From the NCBI RefSeq assembly GCF_002105155.1, contig NW_019029009.1:62001-126000 (forward strand): a stretch of 64,000 bases of DNA. The letters run 5' to 3'. Positions 13,053 to 28,344 of this stretch are shown piece by piece. Below the pieces are notes generated by a model. It was not told the DNA's origin. It made no database searches and was given only the letters and a program-made list of their open reading frames with translations. Numbering within the stretch: position 1 is the first letter of the stretch; every line of letters begins with the position of its first letter. The translations under genes were made by a program, and so were the position numbers. This DNA comes from Lobosporangium transversale. Its lineage: Eukaryota.

Positions 13053-15161
13053 ATGGGACACCCAGGAGATAGGAAAAGGAGCTCAGAATCCTACTCAAAT
13101 GGAATTGTTGCTGGTCCATCGTCATCATCCCTCAACAGAATGTCAATATCGTCGTCGAGTGCTGCAGCGCCACCACCATTGCCTTCCCGACAACCTTCGA
13201 CGCTACATCGTAATGGCACAAATGCGAGTGTTAACATGGGGAATAAAAGCGGTAGTCATAGTAGCTCCCGACTTTCGACCATCAAGGACGATTACCGAGA
13301 GGTGTATCGAGATTTGACTCAAATTTATAAGCGCAAGATCCGGCCATTGGAGACAACATATAATTTTGAAGGGTTTCACTCTGCGCCTCTCACGGAAAGC
13401 GATATTCTGGCGAAGCCGATGGTTCTCCTGTTAGGACAATACAGCACTGTAAGGTCCATACATTATTGTTCATTGATAAAGGAAACGAAGAAAAAAAAAA
13501 AAAAAAAAAAAAAGAGATAGAGGGAGTAAGGCAGTAAAAAGAGATGCATGAGAGCAATGCGTCGTGCATATTTTCTGAGCGAAAATAGAAAAATAACAAA
13601 AAATAACAAAAAAAAAAAAAAAAAAAAAGGTTAGTCGCTAATGATCATAACCTGCATTTTGTGAATAGGGCAAAACGACTTTTATCAAACACTTGATTGA
13701 GTCTGACTATCCTGGATCACACATTGGTGTAGAACCAACGGTAAGATAAAACTGACTTTAAAAAGGAGTAACTTTATTTTTGGGTCTTTTTGTATTTAAC
13801 TAAATCTAATTTTTATTTTCTGGACAAAAAATAAAAATATACAGACGGATCGCTTTGTAGCTGTGATGAATGGTCCGGAACCAAGGGTGATTCCAGGAAA
13901 TGCTGCAGCAGTCTCTGCAGACCTGCCTTTCCGTGGGCTTGATCGATTTGGACAAGCATTTTTGACACGATTCCAAGTCTCACAATGCCCCAATTCTCTG
14001 CTCGAGAACATGACCCTAATTGACACCCCAGGAATTCTAGCAGGCGACAAACAGCGTGTAGAACGCGGATATGATTTCACAAAGACCATTGAGTGGTTTG
14101 CACAGCGGTCGGATCTGATCCTTTTATTCTTTGATTCCCATAAGCTGGATATTTCGGACGAGTTTAAGAGTTCAATTGTGGCGCTCAAGGGTCAGGAAGA
14201 AAAAGTGCGTGTGATTCTGAATAAGAGTGACATGGTGGATCAACAGCAATTGATGCGAGTCTATGGCGCGTTGATGTGGTCTCTTGGGAAGGTTATTCAA
14301 ACGCCAGAGGTCATGAGGGTATATCTGTGCTCGTTCTGGTTACATCGCCCAGTGAATGTGTATGAAGATTGCCGAGCCTTGCTAGAAAAGGAACAAACAG
14401 ATCTTTTGAAGGACCTTCGAGAATTACCCCGCAATGCAGCGATTCGTAAAGTGAATGAAATCGTGAAACGTGCCCGACTGGCACGTGTACATGCATATAT
14501 CATTGGACATTTGCGTAAGGAGATGCCTGCAGTCTTGGGCAAAAGAAATCGTCAACGAGAGTTGACCCAAAACCTGGAAGGCGAGTTTTTGAAGGTTCAG
14601 CAAATTTACAGTGTCCCTGCAGGCGATTTCCCGAATGTAGCAGCATTCCGACAGTGCTTGGAAGCCTATAAGTTTGAAAATTTTGCAAAGATCAGCCAAC
14701 CAGTCCTCGCCTCTGCTGAAGAGGCCCTTTCAGTAGATCTGCCCAAAATCATGACTCGATTCCCACACCATATGAATAATTTATTAATCGAATCTACGCA
14801 AAAGAACCCGTTCTTAGGGCCACCCGGAGCTGAAGGGCATAACAGTAACCTCAACGGAGGTGATACTGTCCCACCGAGCTACTGGCACTTTTCATCCGTA
14901 GATAAGGCAGCTGCCCGGCCAATCTTCCTGTCGCTGAACCCCAGAGAAGGCAAGATCAATGGTTTAACTGCAAAGCCCTACCTGATGAGCACAGGCTTAT
15001 CAGTTGAGGTGCTAGCCAAGATCTGGGCATTAGCAGATTGGACATCTGATGGACACTTGAGTGAAGACGAGTTCGCAGTGGCATTGCATTTAATCCGTGC
15101 AGTAGAAAGCGGTGGCGAGAGTGTTCTGCCTGCCAAATTACCCGAGACCATGCTACCTTGA
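13053..15161 (+). CDS. EH-domain-containing dynamin-like ATPase (EHD/RME-1/Past1 family)
   Basis: IRPLETTYNFEGFHS...KPMVLLLGQYST|GKTTFI (P-loop split by an intron), IGVEPT|TDRF, LIDTPGILAG, ILNKSD, LMRVYGALMWSLGKV, an NPF motif, and a C-terminal EH domain (LAKIWALADWTSDGHLSEDEFAVALHLI). Confidence 0.95.
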
Positions 15162-15304
15162 TTGAGTTTTTTTATACAACACCGCAATAGCATCCAACAC
15201 TAATAATAAAAGCAAATCTCCATTTGTCTGTTGGTGTCTTTGTATATTATAATATATTATTATATCTAGAACGGGCTTTTTTTTTTCTTTTTTTTTCTTT
15301 CTTT

Positions 15305-17796
15305 CTAAAGCTTTGGGACTGCAGCGCCATTCAAACGACGGCCCTCTGCAAAAAGATCCTTCAAAACTTCATCAAAGCCCAAGACACCTCCATTCTTGCC
15401 CTTATCAACAAGGGTCATTCCGTATTTGGCCCACTCATAAAGCGATTCGTAGACACGTCCATCATACCGTCCAATGGCAGAATTGAGTTGGTTGTCCGAG
15501 AAATCATACGCATCTACGAGTCCGATCAACTCGTATCTCAACAGGTCAATCAACTGTTCACGGCGGTCTTTGCACCAGACCTTTTGCTGCCTGGAGACAT
15601 ATCCATCTTCCATGAAATCGCCGGCTTGTTCCAACAGACGATGAATACTGTGCAATTCAAAGAGCATCTTGAGAACAGGCAAGTAACCTTTGGTCACATC
15701 ACCACCCTTTTGATGAATAGCCTGTTCCTCTTTTTGAATAGCCTCGTAAAAGTTACGGACTAGCATGCCTTCACCATGAGTTCTGGATAACTCGACCATT
15801 CGAACTTGAGATTTAGCCATAGCCTCCTCTCCAGCACCGTCCTTGACAATACGGGCCAGGACTTCTTGAAGAACACGGGCCTCACGATGCCAGAATGCAG
15901 CAATTAAAGCCTCGCCACTGATGGGCTGTCCTGGGACAATGATGGATTTCTCTTGATCTAAAATGTTTTCGCCACCCTTTTGAAGAGTAGGTTGCAAGCC
16001 AGCAGGGACTGAAGACAGATCTTTGGTTTTGAGGGCTTGAAGGATTGTCTTGAGTAACCAACGCGAAGTTTGAAGGTGTAAGATTGTATTTTCACCTAAA
16101 CAAACATTTGCGAATATGAGAAGAGTAGAAAGAAAAAAAAAAAAAAAAAGTCAGCTTCAAATGGATAGAGTTAATAAATGATAGAAAAGCGATAAAGAAT
16201 AAAGAGTCTTTTACCTTCCACGGTAACATCCTGTAGGGTTGTGGTCAAGACTTCAACCATTCCTCCGCACCAAGCATAACCATGTCCACCGCAGGAACGA
16301 CGTACGTCCTCCATATGAGCAGTAGCCAAGTCCGAGATCAAGGCCTTCAAGCCTGAAGAAGTTGCATGGACCTCAGCCATTAGACCTACTTCTCCTTGGA
16401 TCACGTTCTTCAAGTTCCGCTGATGCATATCCGTCATAACTCGACCGGTCATCAACATTGCATAGCTCAAGGCCAATGAGGTCGTTAAGCGGAAGCGTTG
16501 CATACCGTGATCAATAACCTTGACCTCTTCACCCTTTTGAGATGGGATGCGGTCTCCGCCTTGAAGACGGATCATGGAATATCGGATGGCGACCGTCAAA
16601 GACTGACCTAGTGCGAAACCTGCGTTCTTGACAATGTTGGCACGGATGGCCACCATGGTTGAATAATTCATCTTTGCGTTCTTGGCAGGTTCGTACTTGC
16701 CATCACGAGTGACTCTGGAGTTGCGCATCATCATTTGTTCGCGTGGGATTCGGACCTTATTGATTCGTAAGAAACCATTATCGATGGTGTTGAATCCGAT
16801 TTTGGGACCTAAATTACCCAATTCAATGCCGGGCATTTCAGCATGGGTTCCGGCAGCACGGATCTGTAATAAGAAGGGATGGACACCATAATCCTTGCCA
16901 TGAAGGGTCAAACGAGCGTAGATGGCACAATGGGTACTGGTCTGGGCGAGAGCACCAGGCCACCATTTCATAGAATTGAGCGTTGGTGTATCAATCTCAA
17001 ATTCGTCTGTCTCGGGGATGAAGGTGGCGGTTGTTTCAAGCTTGCGAAGATTGCTTCCGTGAGCCATCTCGGTCTGAACATAACTGGAAAGGAAGAAAGA
17101 AGGTATGGAGGTATGGAGGAAAGCGTTTAGTAACGTTGAGATCAAAAATAGTGCAATGGGAATGTCAAAAGATATTGCAGAAATAATAACGCTTTACCAT
17201 CCAAAAATCTCATAATTTTGAGCCCTATGTGATAAAAAAAAAAATCCTTAGACTTATAACTTTACAAAGTACGGAATGGCAGGGAGTTGGAAAAGTAGTA
17301 CTTTTTTCTTACTTGGGAAGCCAAATCTTTTGCTGCTCGTCCGTGAGCTGGGTTTTGAGGGTAGGGATGAAAAGTGCCTCATGCTAAGGTGCAGATATTA
17401 AGAAGAGTTATAAGTATTTTCAGGTCCTGGTCTCAGTTTTCCTATCAATTCAAGAGATATTATTACCAAGAATTGAGGAGTCGAGTCGCCGATCACCATC
17501 ATGGCCATCATCATATCATCATCGGACCAATTGTTCTGCTTGCGCATCTCAACTAATTTTGCTGCCTTTTCCAAAGATCGGACGTATTGACGTTCACGGC
17601 TCAAAAAGGGTTTATCCGCGTTAGAGAAGACGGGGTGTTGTTCAACCAGATCCCGAGTATGGCGTCGTTTCTCAAAGTTCTCGCCATACAAGAATTGAGA
17701 GAGTGACTCAACATTGAACGAGACAAGTGCACGCTCTGAGTTTAGACTAGACACTGTCTTGGAGCGGTCAGAAAGTGGGGGAATGAATGGAGGCAT
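15305..17796 (-). CDS. POX1: Peroxisomal acyl-CoA oxidase
   Basis: ATG at 17796 (MPPFIPPL). Motifs FGCYVQTEMAHGSNLRKLETTATF, KWWPGAL, KIGFNTIDNGFL, RRSCGGHGY, TVEGENTIL, NSAIGRYDGRVYE. Ends in the PTS1-like tripeptide -PKL. Includes a 27-nt exon at 17198-17224. Confidence 0.95.
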
Positions 17797-18731
17797 TGTT
17801 TGAGAACAGAAGGAATGGAGCGATGGAGAGGAATGGGTAAGAAATGAATGAAGCAATAAGGCAGGATGAGCAAGGAAAGAAGAAAGAAAGAAGGAGAGAA
17901 GAAAGAGGAAGTAGAAGAAAGAAGAGGAACCGGAGTTGACTGAAGGTCTTCACCTCCAACATAAACCTTGAATGTGTGAATGTGTGGAGTGTTGGATAGA
18001 GCAATCGATGGCTCGATCGAGAAGTATCACAACAACCGCAAAACCAGAGAAAATTCGGCCGGACGAAACTCTGAGTGACAGCTATTAATACGCCAACTAT
18101 TTCTCCGTACCGCGCGACATCCGATCATAGCCGGACAGCTCTACCACTACCATAATTTGTGTGGGAGATAGGAGGTAAAATTGTGTTGGTGGCGAAGGTG
18201 TCTTCTTCTATCGCTTAACGGGCAGGATATAGACCGTTATGGCACTGGGCCACTGGGATCATTTTCGCCAGGTAGACTGCATGCAGAGGTGAAGTCGGTC
18301 CTCCACACGTCTAAATATCAATCGTCTCCTGAATGAAAGATATTCAACAAATGCCAACAGCTGGTATGCACCGACTCCAAGAAGACCTCCGTTTTTTCAA
18401 TCACTTGGTCAGGTGTCCTCTCGAGAGTAAGAATGGCATTAGAATTTAGAAAGAAACAAAAAAAGACAGGCACAACATCCTCCATATCCCAAAGCAAAAA
18501 AGCTTCACCTGGAAAGCACACAATTGCTTTTACCTCTCCTTTCTGCTCTCTCTCTTTTTTTTTTTCCCAGTCCCATCTTACTTTCACACAAATACAAATA
18601 CACCTCACACCAACAGTCAATATCACCAACACCAGTCAACGCGCATAATTTGCTTCAATTGCACACCAAAATAATAACGACAAATATAAAGACATTCTAT
18701 TCACGCTTCCTCATTCCCTTTTCACTTTCTA

Positions 18732-19428
18732 ATGAACTCCGTACAAAACATCTTCTTCGGCCTCCGCGAGTACTTGAGTCCTGTCCTCAAAAATTCAAAA
18801 TTCAAAGAGACCGGTTGCATCACACCTGAGGAGGCAAGTTCTTTTTTATGTTTTTTTTGTCATCTCTCTCTTTTGCAAAAGCAGGTGTACGCTCTTTTCT
18901 TGCATTGGCTGGCAAAACATGCAAAAAAAAGTCTCCTTAGAAGAAGACTGCCGGCAATGCTGCGGCACATTAATCCATATTAGTTTCAATAGTCATAAAG
19001 AAACATGTCATAAAAAAAAAAAAAGCCATACGCGTCGTCAACTAACCCTGTTGATTACTCGTTGATTTCCCTTTTGTTCTGTTTTTAGTTTGAAGCTGCA
19101 GGTGATTTTTTGGTGTACAAGTGTCCAACGTGGAGCTGGTAATACATTGATACTTGTGTTGACTTTGACAACGTTTGTAAAAGGGCTGCATTGTTGTAGG
19201 CTGATGCTGTAACTCTAACGGTCTTTACATATTATTTTGCGACATATTCAATTATTCATAGGGAAGGCGGTGAACCCAGCAAGAAGCGCGACTACTTACA
19301 TCCGGATAAGCAATTCTTGATTACTCGCAATGGTATGTGTTCTAGTTTGCCTTTGTAATTTTGCCATTCCGGCAATGCAACCCCACCGTGTGTATGCCCT
19401 GGGACCCATGCGTTATTATTTCGTTGAG

Positions 19429-19463
<35 letters not shown>

Positions 19464-20036
19464 ATAAACTCGTGACCATCGTCCAACAGGAGACGAATTT
19501 CAAGGAGCCTGACTAATTCAGAGGAAAAAATGGGAGTGGAGGATGCTGACGGAAGACAAATGAAACGAGCTCCGCTTGCATGTGCAACATTGTCAATACT
19601 AACTTTTCATTTTTCACTTTCAATGGTATCTCCTTTTTATGGTTGTGGTTGTGTATATATGATATAGTACCATGCCTGCGTCGTGTCAAGCAAATGGAAT
19701 ATACGGACGAGGACGCTGAAACACAGATCGAAAGTGATGGCGCCGATGCTTGGGTGATGTCCCACAGTTCGCGTGTAGCAGGAGGCCCCATCGAAGAAAT
19801 TGCTGGAAGTATGGATGAAGACGAAGACGAGGAGGCCGAAGCTGAAGCTGAAGCTGAAGCACAAGCAGCCATTAAAGCCATGGGTCGACTTAACTTGCAG
19901 GAACAGCAACTCCATGATGCTGCAGAACAGGATGATGACGACGAAGATCTTCCCGATATGGACGACATCCCCGACATGGATGACTATGAAGACCTGGAAG
20001 AAGAAGCGGACCCTGTAAGCCTTGTTTGATACGGCT

Positions 20037-20067
<31 letters not shown>

Positions 20068-20855
20068 TCATTTAAAGAAAAAGGCCCATTGGTGCATCAC
20101 GCTAATACTAAACCTTGATGACGGAAATAGGCTACACTCGCTCCAACTGTTCCTACAGCAGTCGATCCTGGGTATGTTTTTTTTGTACATATTTGCATAG
20201 CGTACGACACTCAATGTTACAACATCAGCAATTCATGGTGTTGTTTGACTGATCCAACTTTCTGTTTTGGCTTGTGGTACACAGCGACAAGATCTTGAAC
20301 GTCCGAACGTACGATGTATTCATTACATACGATAAATATTATCAAACACCCAGAATGTGGCTCTTTGGTTATGATGAGGTACAGACGTGGAACTAATGGC
20401 GACATTTGTCATCATTTATTCCAGGATCACATAAACTGATAGTTGTTTCCATTCTTTGCATATGCTACAACTTGAATAGCATCGTCGACCTCTGGTATCT
20501 TCACAGATCTTTGAGGATGTTTCTCAGGACTATGCCAAGAAAACTGTCACCATCGAGACTCATCCACATCTCAATATGTCATTGGCCAGTATTCATCCCT
20601 GCAGACATGGAGCTGTGATGAAGAAGATTATTGAGAAGGTTGCAAATGACGAAGGGAAGGAGGAGCCAGTCCGTGTTGACCAGTAAGTCAAAAGGGAGGA
20701 GGTTATTGAGCAGTATGATCGGATTAACATGTTTCTACAGATGGAATACTAATTGTTTTTATTCTCTTTTGCTTTTTAGGTACCTCATCATCTTCTTGAA
20801 GTTCATGTCGTCTGTAGTACCTACTATTGACTATGACAATACCATCTCTGCGTAA
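18732..20855 (+). CDS. ATG3: Autophagy E2-like enzyme Atg3
   Basis: [53 protein letters not shown], an acidic flexible region, [20 protein letters not shown], catalytic ASIHPCRH, and [21 protein letters not shown]. First intron is GC-AG. Confidence 0.97.
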
Positions 20856-21217
20856 ATGGGCATTTAGCGGGACCTGAAAATAGTCATGCATGGGGACCAT
20901 ATAGCCACGTGTCCTGACATTGTAGCTAGAAGCTGTATGATTGCGTTTCTTTTCCTTTACTATCTTGCTTTTCCTTTTCATTCATCGCACGCAAACCCCC
21001 ATAAAGAGTTGTATCACAACGGTATTCGAAGCCAAATATGTATTATTTTACTCTAATTATTTATGATCTTGAATGCCAAGAAATTGGCCACATTTTAATT
21101 CAAAGACATGTGGTACAAAGACGGTCACAGGTGTCTTCTTCACGATGACAAAGGATTCTCTTTTTAAAACATTTCATTACACTTCACTCCATTGCTGCCC
21201 GGTACTTTGATAACACC

Positions 21218-21430
21218 ATGCATCGCCTTTTCGGTACAGGGAAGAGGACACCAAAGCCCACTCTCACAGACGCTATTACAGCTGTAAGTCTGGCATATTT
21301 CAGGGACACGATGCTTGTCAGGAACGCAATGAATTAAATGAGTAGGGAAAAAAAAAAAAAAAAAAAAGTCAAGCCAATAACAATTCAATAGTCTTATGCC
21401 ATAAAAGCATCGGCATAGAAGTGAAAAGGG

Positions 21431-21461
<31 letters not shown>

Positions 21462-22565
21462 AGAGACGGTATCATGGCCATGGAGATGATGGCAATGAGC
21501 ACCTTTGTGTTGCAGATAACTTACATGTTTTATTCACCGTTCACGCGTTACTTTTGCCATTCTTTTTGTCGATCGTAGACAGACCTCCGAGTAGATGCAG
21601 TTGAGGTTAAGATTCGAAAGCTGGATGCAGAACTTATCAAGTATAAAGATCAAATGAAGAAGATGCGTGATGGTCCTGCCAAGGTAAAATTGATAGCATG
21701 CATGGATATACAAATAAACGAGAAGTGTCTAAAACTGCAACTATTTGTAGTAGGCTTGCTGGATTCGGCCAGGACGCTCTAATACATGTATGAGCCTTTT
21801 TTTCTCTCTTTCCCGTCATCTCGCCTATCTTTTAGAATTCTGTAAAGGCCAAGGCAATGCGCATTCTTAAGGAGAGAAAATTATATGAAAGTCAGCGGGA
21901 ACAACTTCAACAGCAGTCCTTCAACATGGAGCAGGCAGCGTTCACAACAGAAAACCTGAGGAATGTCATGACGACTGTAGATGCCATGAGAACAGCTAAC
22001 CAAACAATGAGGCAGCAATACAAGAAGGTCAACATTGACCAGATTGAGGTACTAGATTAAAACCATGTTGAAAAGCGTGATCCTGGCATCGAATGTGGGA
22101 TTTGCCTTTTTCTTTTTTCATGGTTCACGACTAAGAGCTTTACTCAACAAGGTACTGATTTTTATGATGATCCACAAAATAACGATAGAAGATGCAAGAT
22201 GAAATGGAAGATATCATGGACCAAGCAAATGAAATTCAGGAGACATTAGGTCGTTCATATGGTGTACCGGATGATATTGACGAGCAAGACCTAGAAGCTG
22301 AATTGGACGCTCTAGGAGACGAGCTATATGAAGAGGCAGAACCCTCTTATCTTGAAGATGAAGTGCCAGAACTACCTACAACAGAAACCACAACCACGGA
22401 GCCACAGCGGGAGGTAATGGGATGAGCAATGATAATAAACAAAAGAACATTAGCAAGAAAAAAAAAAAAAAAAAAAAAAAAAAAGACACTTATTAACGTT
22501 TATTCTTTACTTTGATTTAGCGCCTGGATGAGTTTGGATTACCAGAAGGGCCACTCAAGGCTTAA
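21218..22565 (+). CDS. VPS60: ESCRT-III subunit Vps60/CHMP5 (Snf7 family)
   Basis: Exon 1 [22 protein letters not shown] (21218-21283), then [16 protein letters not shown]...[61 protein letters not shown]. Last exon [14 protein letters not shown]. Confidence 0.93.
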
Positions 22566-22862
22566 TAGACATATTTTTTGCTCTTGTACTTTTTTTCTAT
22601 CCTTATGCTCAAAAACTCGGGACACCCATATTGAAGAGCAGGGTAGAAGAGGTTGGGTAACATATTTGATAGGCACTGATCAAGAGTCTCAGGAGAGATT
22701 CAAGTATCATAGCCATAGTATAAACTTCAATAAACAAGCTTTCATCTCCCAATGTAGCAAAAAAGACGGCAACTAAAGCAACTAACCCTGATGGTGTAAA
22801 CTTAGATGGATATGTTTAGTTTTTTCTTTTTTCGGTGGTCCAGATTTGGACATTCCCCAGTT

Positions 22863-22870
22863 TCACGTGA
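22863..22870. promoter_or_regulatory. Palindromic E-box TCACGTGA ~100 bp upstream of the thiolase ATG
   Basis: Exact motif seen. Function as a bHLH site is inferred. Confidence 0.4.
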
Positions 22871-22973
22871 TTTTTTTTTCTGCGTCCGTGGGTGGATATT
22901 TATTAAAGACACCGATCTGATTTTTTTTTTCTCCACATCCTTTTCTCTCCTCTCTCCTCATTGCATAGTAACC

Positions 22974-25017
<2,044 letters not shown>

Positions 25018-25244
25018 GAAATGAATCAAAATAGCATTTTTTTTTTTCTTTGTATACAATACTTCACATAAAACATTAGAAAAAGGAAAAACTTCTTAGA
25101 AATCCTTTATTTGTTGGAGCATATCACATTTCCATGGCTTGAGAAGTCAAAACTACTTGGATTCGAATCTCCTTTTTGATGTTGATATAATTGAAAGCTG
25201 ATGTCCTTGGATTTTATTTGTATTTTCTCTTTTATCATGGCTAT

Positions 25245-25648
25245 TTAAGCGATATTGGCCAAATAATCCTTCACTTCACTTGGAGACAATTTCCTAAACT
25301 CGGGCAAAACAACAGATCCATCATCTTTTGTAGCAACAATGCCTGTAATGACACCGATTTCGATGGTGTTCTCCGTCATCTGGCCCTCAAATCCTTCCTT
25401 CAATGTCAAAATAGCTGTATGGACTGCATCTTCGAGCTCAATATCCTCATTATATCGCTTCTCTAAGAATGTCTTTGCATTGACCATGTTCTTGCCAATG
25501 GCTGTTGCCTTCCAGGGCCAGTATGAGCCCGAGGGATCCACCTGATACAACATCGGACCACTCTCATCAAATCCTGCAATCAGCAATGATACTCCGAATG
25601 GACGCACACCACTATTTAGGAATAAAAGTATATGTGTAAAAAAGAGTC

Positions 25649-25682
<34 letters not shown>

Positions 25683-26110
25683 GCATTAGAACCAGTAAAA
25701 AGAATAGAGACTAGAAAACTGATCGTTGATCCGCTTCGAATATTTTTTTTCTTTCTTTTCTTTTCTCCTTTTTGACTTTCGTTCTTTCGTCGTCCTTATT
25801 TCTTCCTTATTGTAATTGTAGTAATATGACTTACCCAGACTGTGTAAATTCCTGCATGACGCTAGCAATCTCCTTGACGAGGATAGCAGTAGGTGGTTCC
25901 TCCATGTAGACGCGTTTGTAGGCCTGAGCAGCCTTCCTTGCCTTGTTAACGAGCACACGGTAGTCAGGGCCCATACCGGAGTAAACCATCCCGATGTTAG
26001 AGCAAATAATTGCTACCTTTTCCAACGACGAGTCGTCAATCAGTGTCGACACGGCCTTTTTCTCTGTCGCGATCACAATTCCGTTCGTAGCTATTGTTAA
26101 AATATTATTT

Positions 26111-26144
<34 letters not shown>

Positions 26145-26427
26145 TTAGTCAAGATATCGAATACAAATGTTAAGAAACTTCAAAAAAAAAAAAAAAAAAA
26201 AAAAGAATGAAAGAATGAAAGTAGAGAGGTTGCAGCACTACAAGTTTGTGGATAAATATTTCAGTCCAAGTCAGGCTAAGTAATTTCTTTTTTTTCTTTG
26301 TTTTTCCCTTACCTTTGATACCAATGGAAGTGACGCCAGAGTTGACAGCATTGAGTGCATATTCAATCTGAACCAACTTTCCTGAGGGTGAGAAAGTGGT
26401 GAGAGAGAATGAGTATCTGTCAGCCAT
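25245..26427 (-). CDS. PRE8: 20S proteasome subunit alpha-2
   Basis: [76 protein letters not shown]. Three exons. Confidence 0.97.
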
Positions 26428-27153
26428 TATTTATGTGTATGAATGCGAAGCTGTTGTCTGTGTGATGTTTGTATGTGGCCCCTTCCTCGTTGTCTGAAAT
26501 GTGAATGTATTGAGGCGAGAGGAGTTCCTGAGCAAAGTATCCTGTGCAAGATAAAATATATATAAAAGAAAATTATATATCGTGAATATCTATTGCTGAA
26601 CAATAAAGAATGGAGTTAATGGAGAAGAAAAAGAGAGAAAAGAAAGATAAAAGAGTGTGTGTTTGAGCATGCAATACACTGACTGATTCCAATTTTCAAA
26701 GTCATGAAAAAAGCAGACGTTAGCCCACATACGCGTCTCTTTTTTCTTCGTGTCCCTCGTGTGTGTTGGGAAGCGTGTTCTCCGCGTTTTCTGAGGAGCA
26801 TAGTAACCGAACATAATTGGGTCGTAAAAGCTGCACCTTTTGAGCAAAAATTGTGTATGTAGATCTCAAATTAGTGGCGAGAGACGACCCAGTCAGCCCC
26901 ACTGCATTTAAACCCCTTTTACTTTCAGGCACGGAAGTTATCTATTCCATCCACCCATCTGTCCAAGCACTCAATCACTCCCTCGCTTCCCTTCCTTTCT
27001 TCTTTTCCCTGGATCCGTCTACTTCCTTGATCTCCGAACCTTTAGTAGGTTAAAAAGAAGCAAAGTCGACGACTAAAAGTAGTTCCATCACCAATCTATT
27101 CCTTCATAAAATATCTGAAAAGAACCTAGAAAACAACAATAAGGATTAAAGCC

Positions 27154-27758
27154 ATGGGGTCGAGCTTCACTTCCTTGGCCTCTTGCTCAATCTCTTTATT
27201 TTTATTCCCTTCTACTATACTTACTCTCCTCCTTCTCTTCAATAGCTTCTACTTCTTTATATGCTCATGCAGCACTTCTTGACCAATGTGCTGTCTCTCT
27301 AACAGTACTTTTCGTGGATTCTCGAGTCAGTGCCTGTATTCCTTTTGCACCAATTACACAGCTCATAAATGGTACCGGGGCATACATCAACTACTTTCTG
27401 TGCCATGTCCTTCTGTAATGCTGCGACTGTTGCATTGATGGAAAACACTCTGAATCAGAACTGTGCTGCTACCTCTGAAGAAGTTGGAAAGAACCGGTGA
27501 CTTTATGCACCCTTCAAACAAGGGATGCGTAAGCGAGTTCAGGATCATGATCCCCTCAATTCAACGAATGTTACCTTCTATATCACTCTCTTGACTGAGG
27601 CCATCGACCGATATTCAGTTACCCGTTCCCTTTATGCAAGCGTGCAGAAGGAATGTGGCGAAGGCTTTGTTGATAGTGTCTTGCCACCACCGCCTGCTCA
27701 AGCAATGACATCAAATCATGCAATACCTTCTTTGGCTTCTTTCTTACTCTCATGGTGA
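27154..27758 (+). pseudogene. Disrupted gene for a small secreted Cys-rich (possibly GPI-anchored) protein
   Basis: Signal-like MGSSFTSLASCSISLFLFPSTILTLLLL, frameshift, then AHAALLDQCAVSLTVLFVDSRVSACIPFAPITQL, second frameshift, then TTFCAMSFCNAATVALMENTLNQNCAATSEEVGKNR, an in-frame TGA (~27498-27500), and LYAPFKQG...VQKECGEGFVDSVLPPPPA with a hydrophobic tail. Confidence 0.6.
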
Positions 27759-28296
27759 AGTCCAACAACATCAATTTATATCCATCGTGGCCGTGAACTA
27801 CTGGATTGTAGTGTTCACATCTATAGCAACACGCATACTTTTATCCTTATAAAATGGGGGGGTTTTTTTTTTCATAAATATTCCTGTATATCGGTCTGCA
27901 ATATCTTGGTCTGAACAAATGGTGTTGGAAATCAATCTCTTCTCCTCTCATGCATTAAACAATTACGAGATAAAGAAGAAAAAATTAACAATAGCCCAAC
28001 GCGTCGTATCAGGAAAAAAAAAAAAAAAAAAGTCTTTTTGCATATTCAGCCCATACTTAGTAGTTTGGTTGATGCAGTGCATAAAGAGGAAAGAATACAC
28101 AGAAAAGCTTCAGCTTTTATTATTATTACTTTTTTATTCTATATAAGATGCAATTTGATTCATCAATAAGAAGCATGTTATAATAAGCTATGGAACAGGA
28201 AAAAAAAGGAACTAAATGCAATGCATATGCGTGAATGTTTACATTATTAGCTTGTGTTCGAAATAGTTGATACATTTACATAGATTGAAAAGAAGC

Positions 28297-28332
<36 letters not shown>

Positions 28333-28344
28333 TTGTACAATCCT

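Noticed and set aside
15224..15763. Long antisense or alternative-frame ORFs (also 487-1236, 24356-24889, 44816-45385, 61624-62172)
   Set aside because: They are shadows of real genes with biased codon usage and have no motifs of their own.
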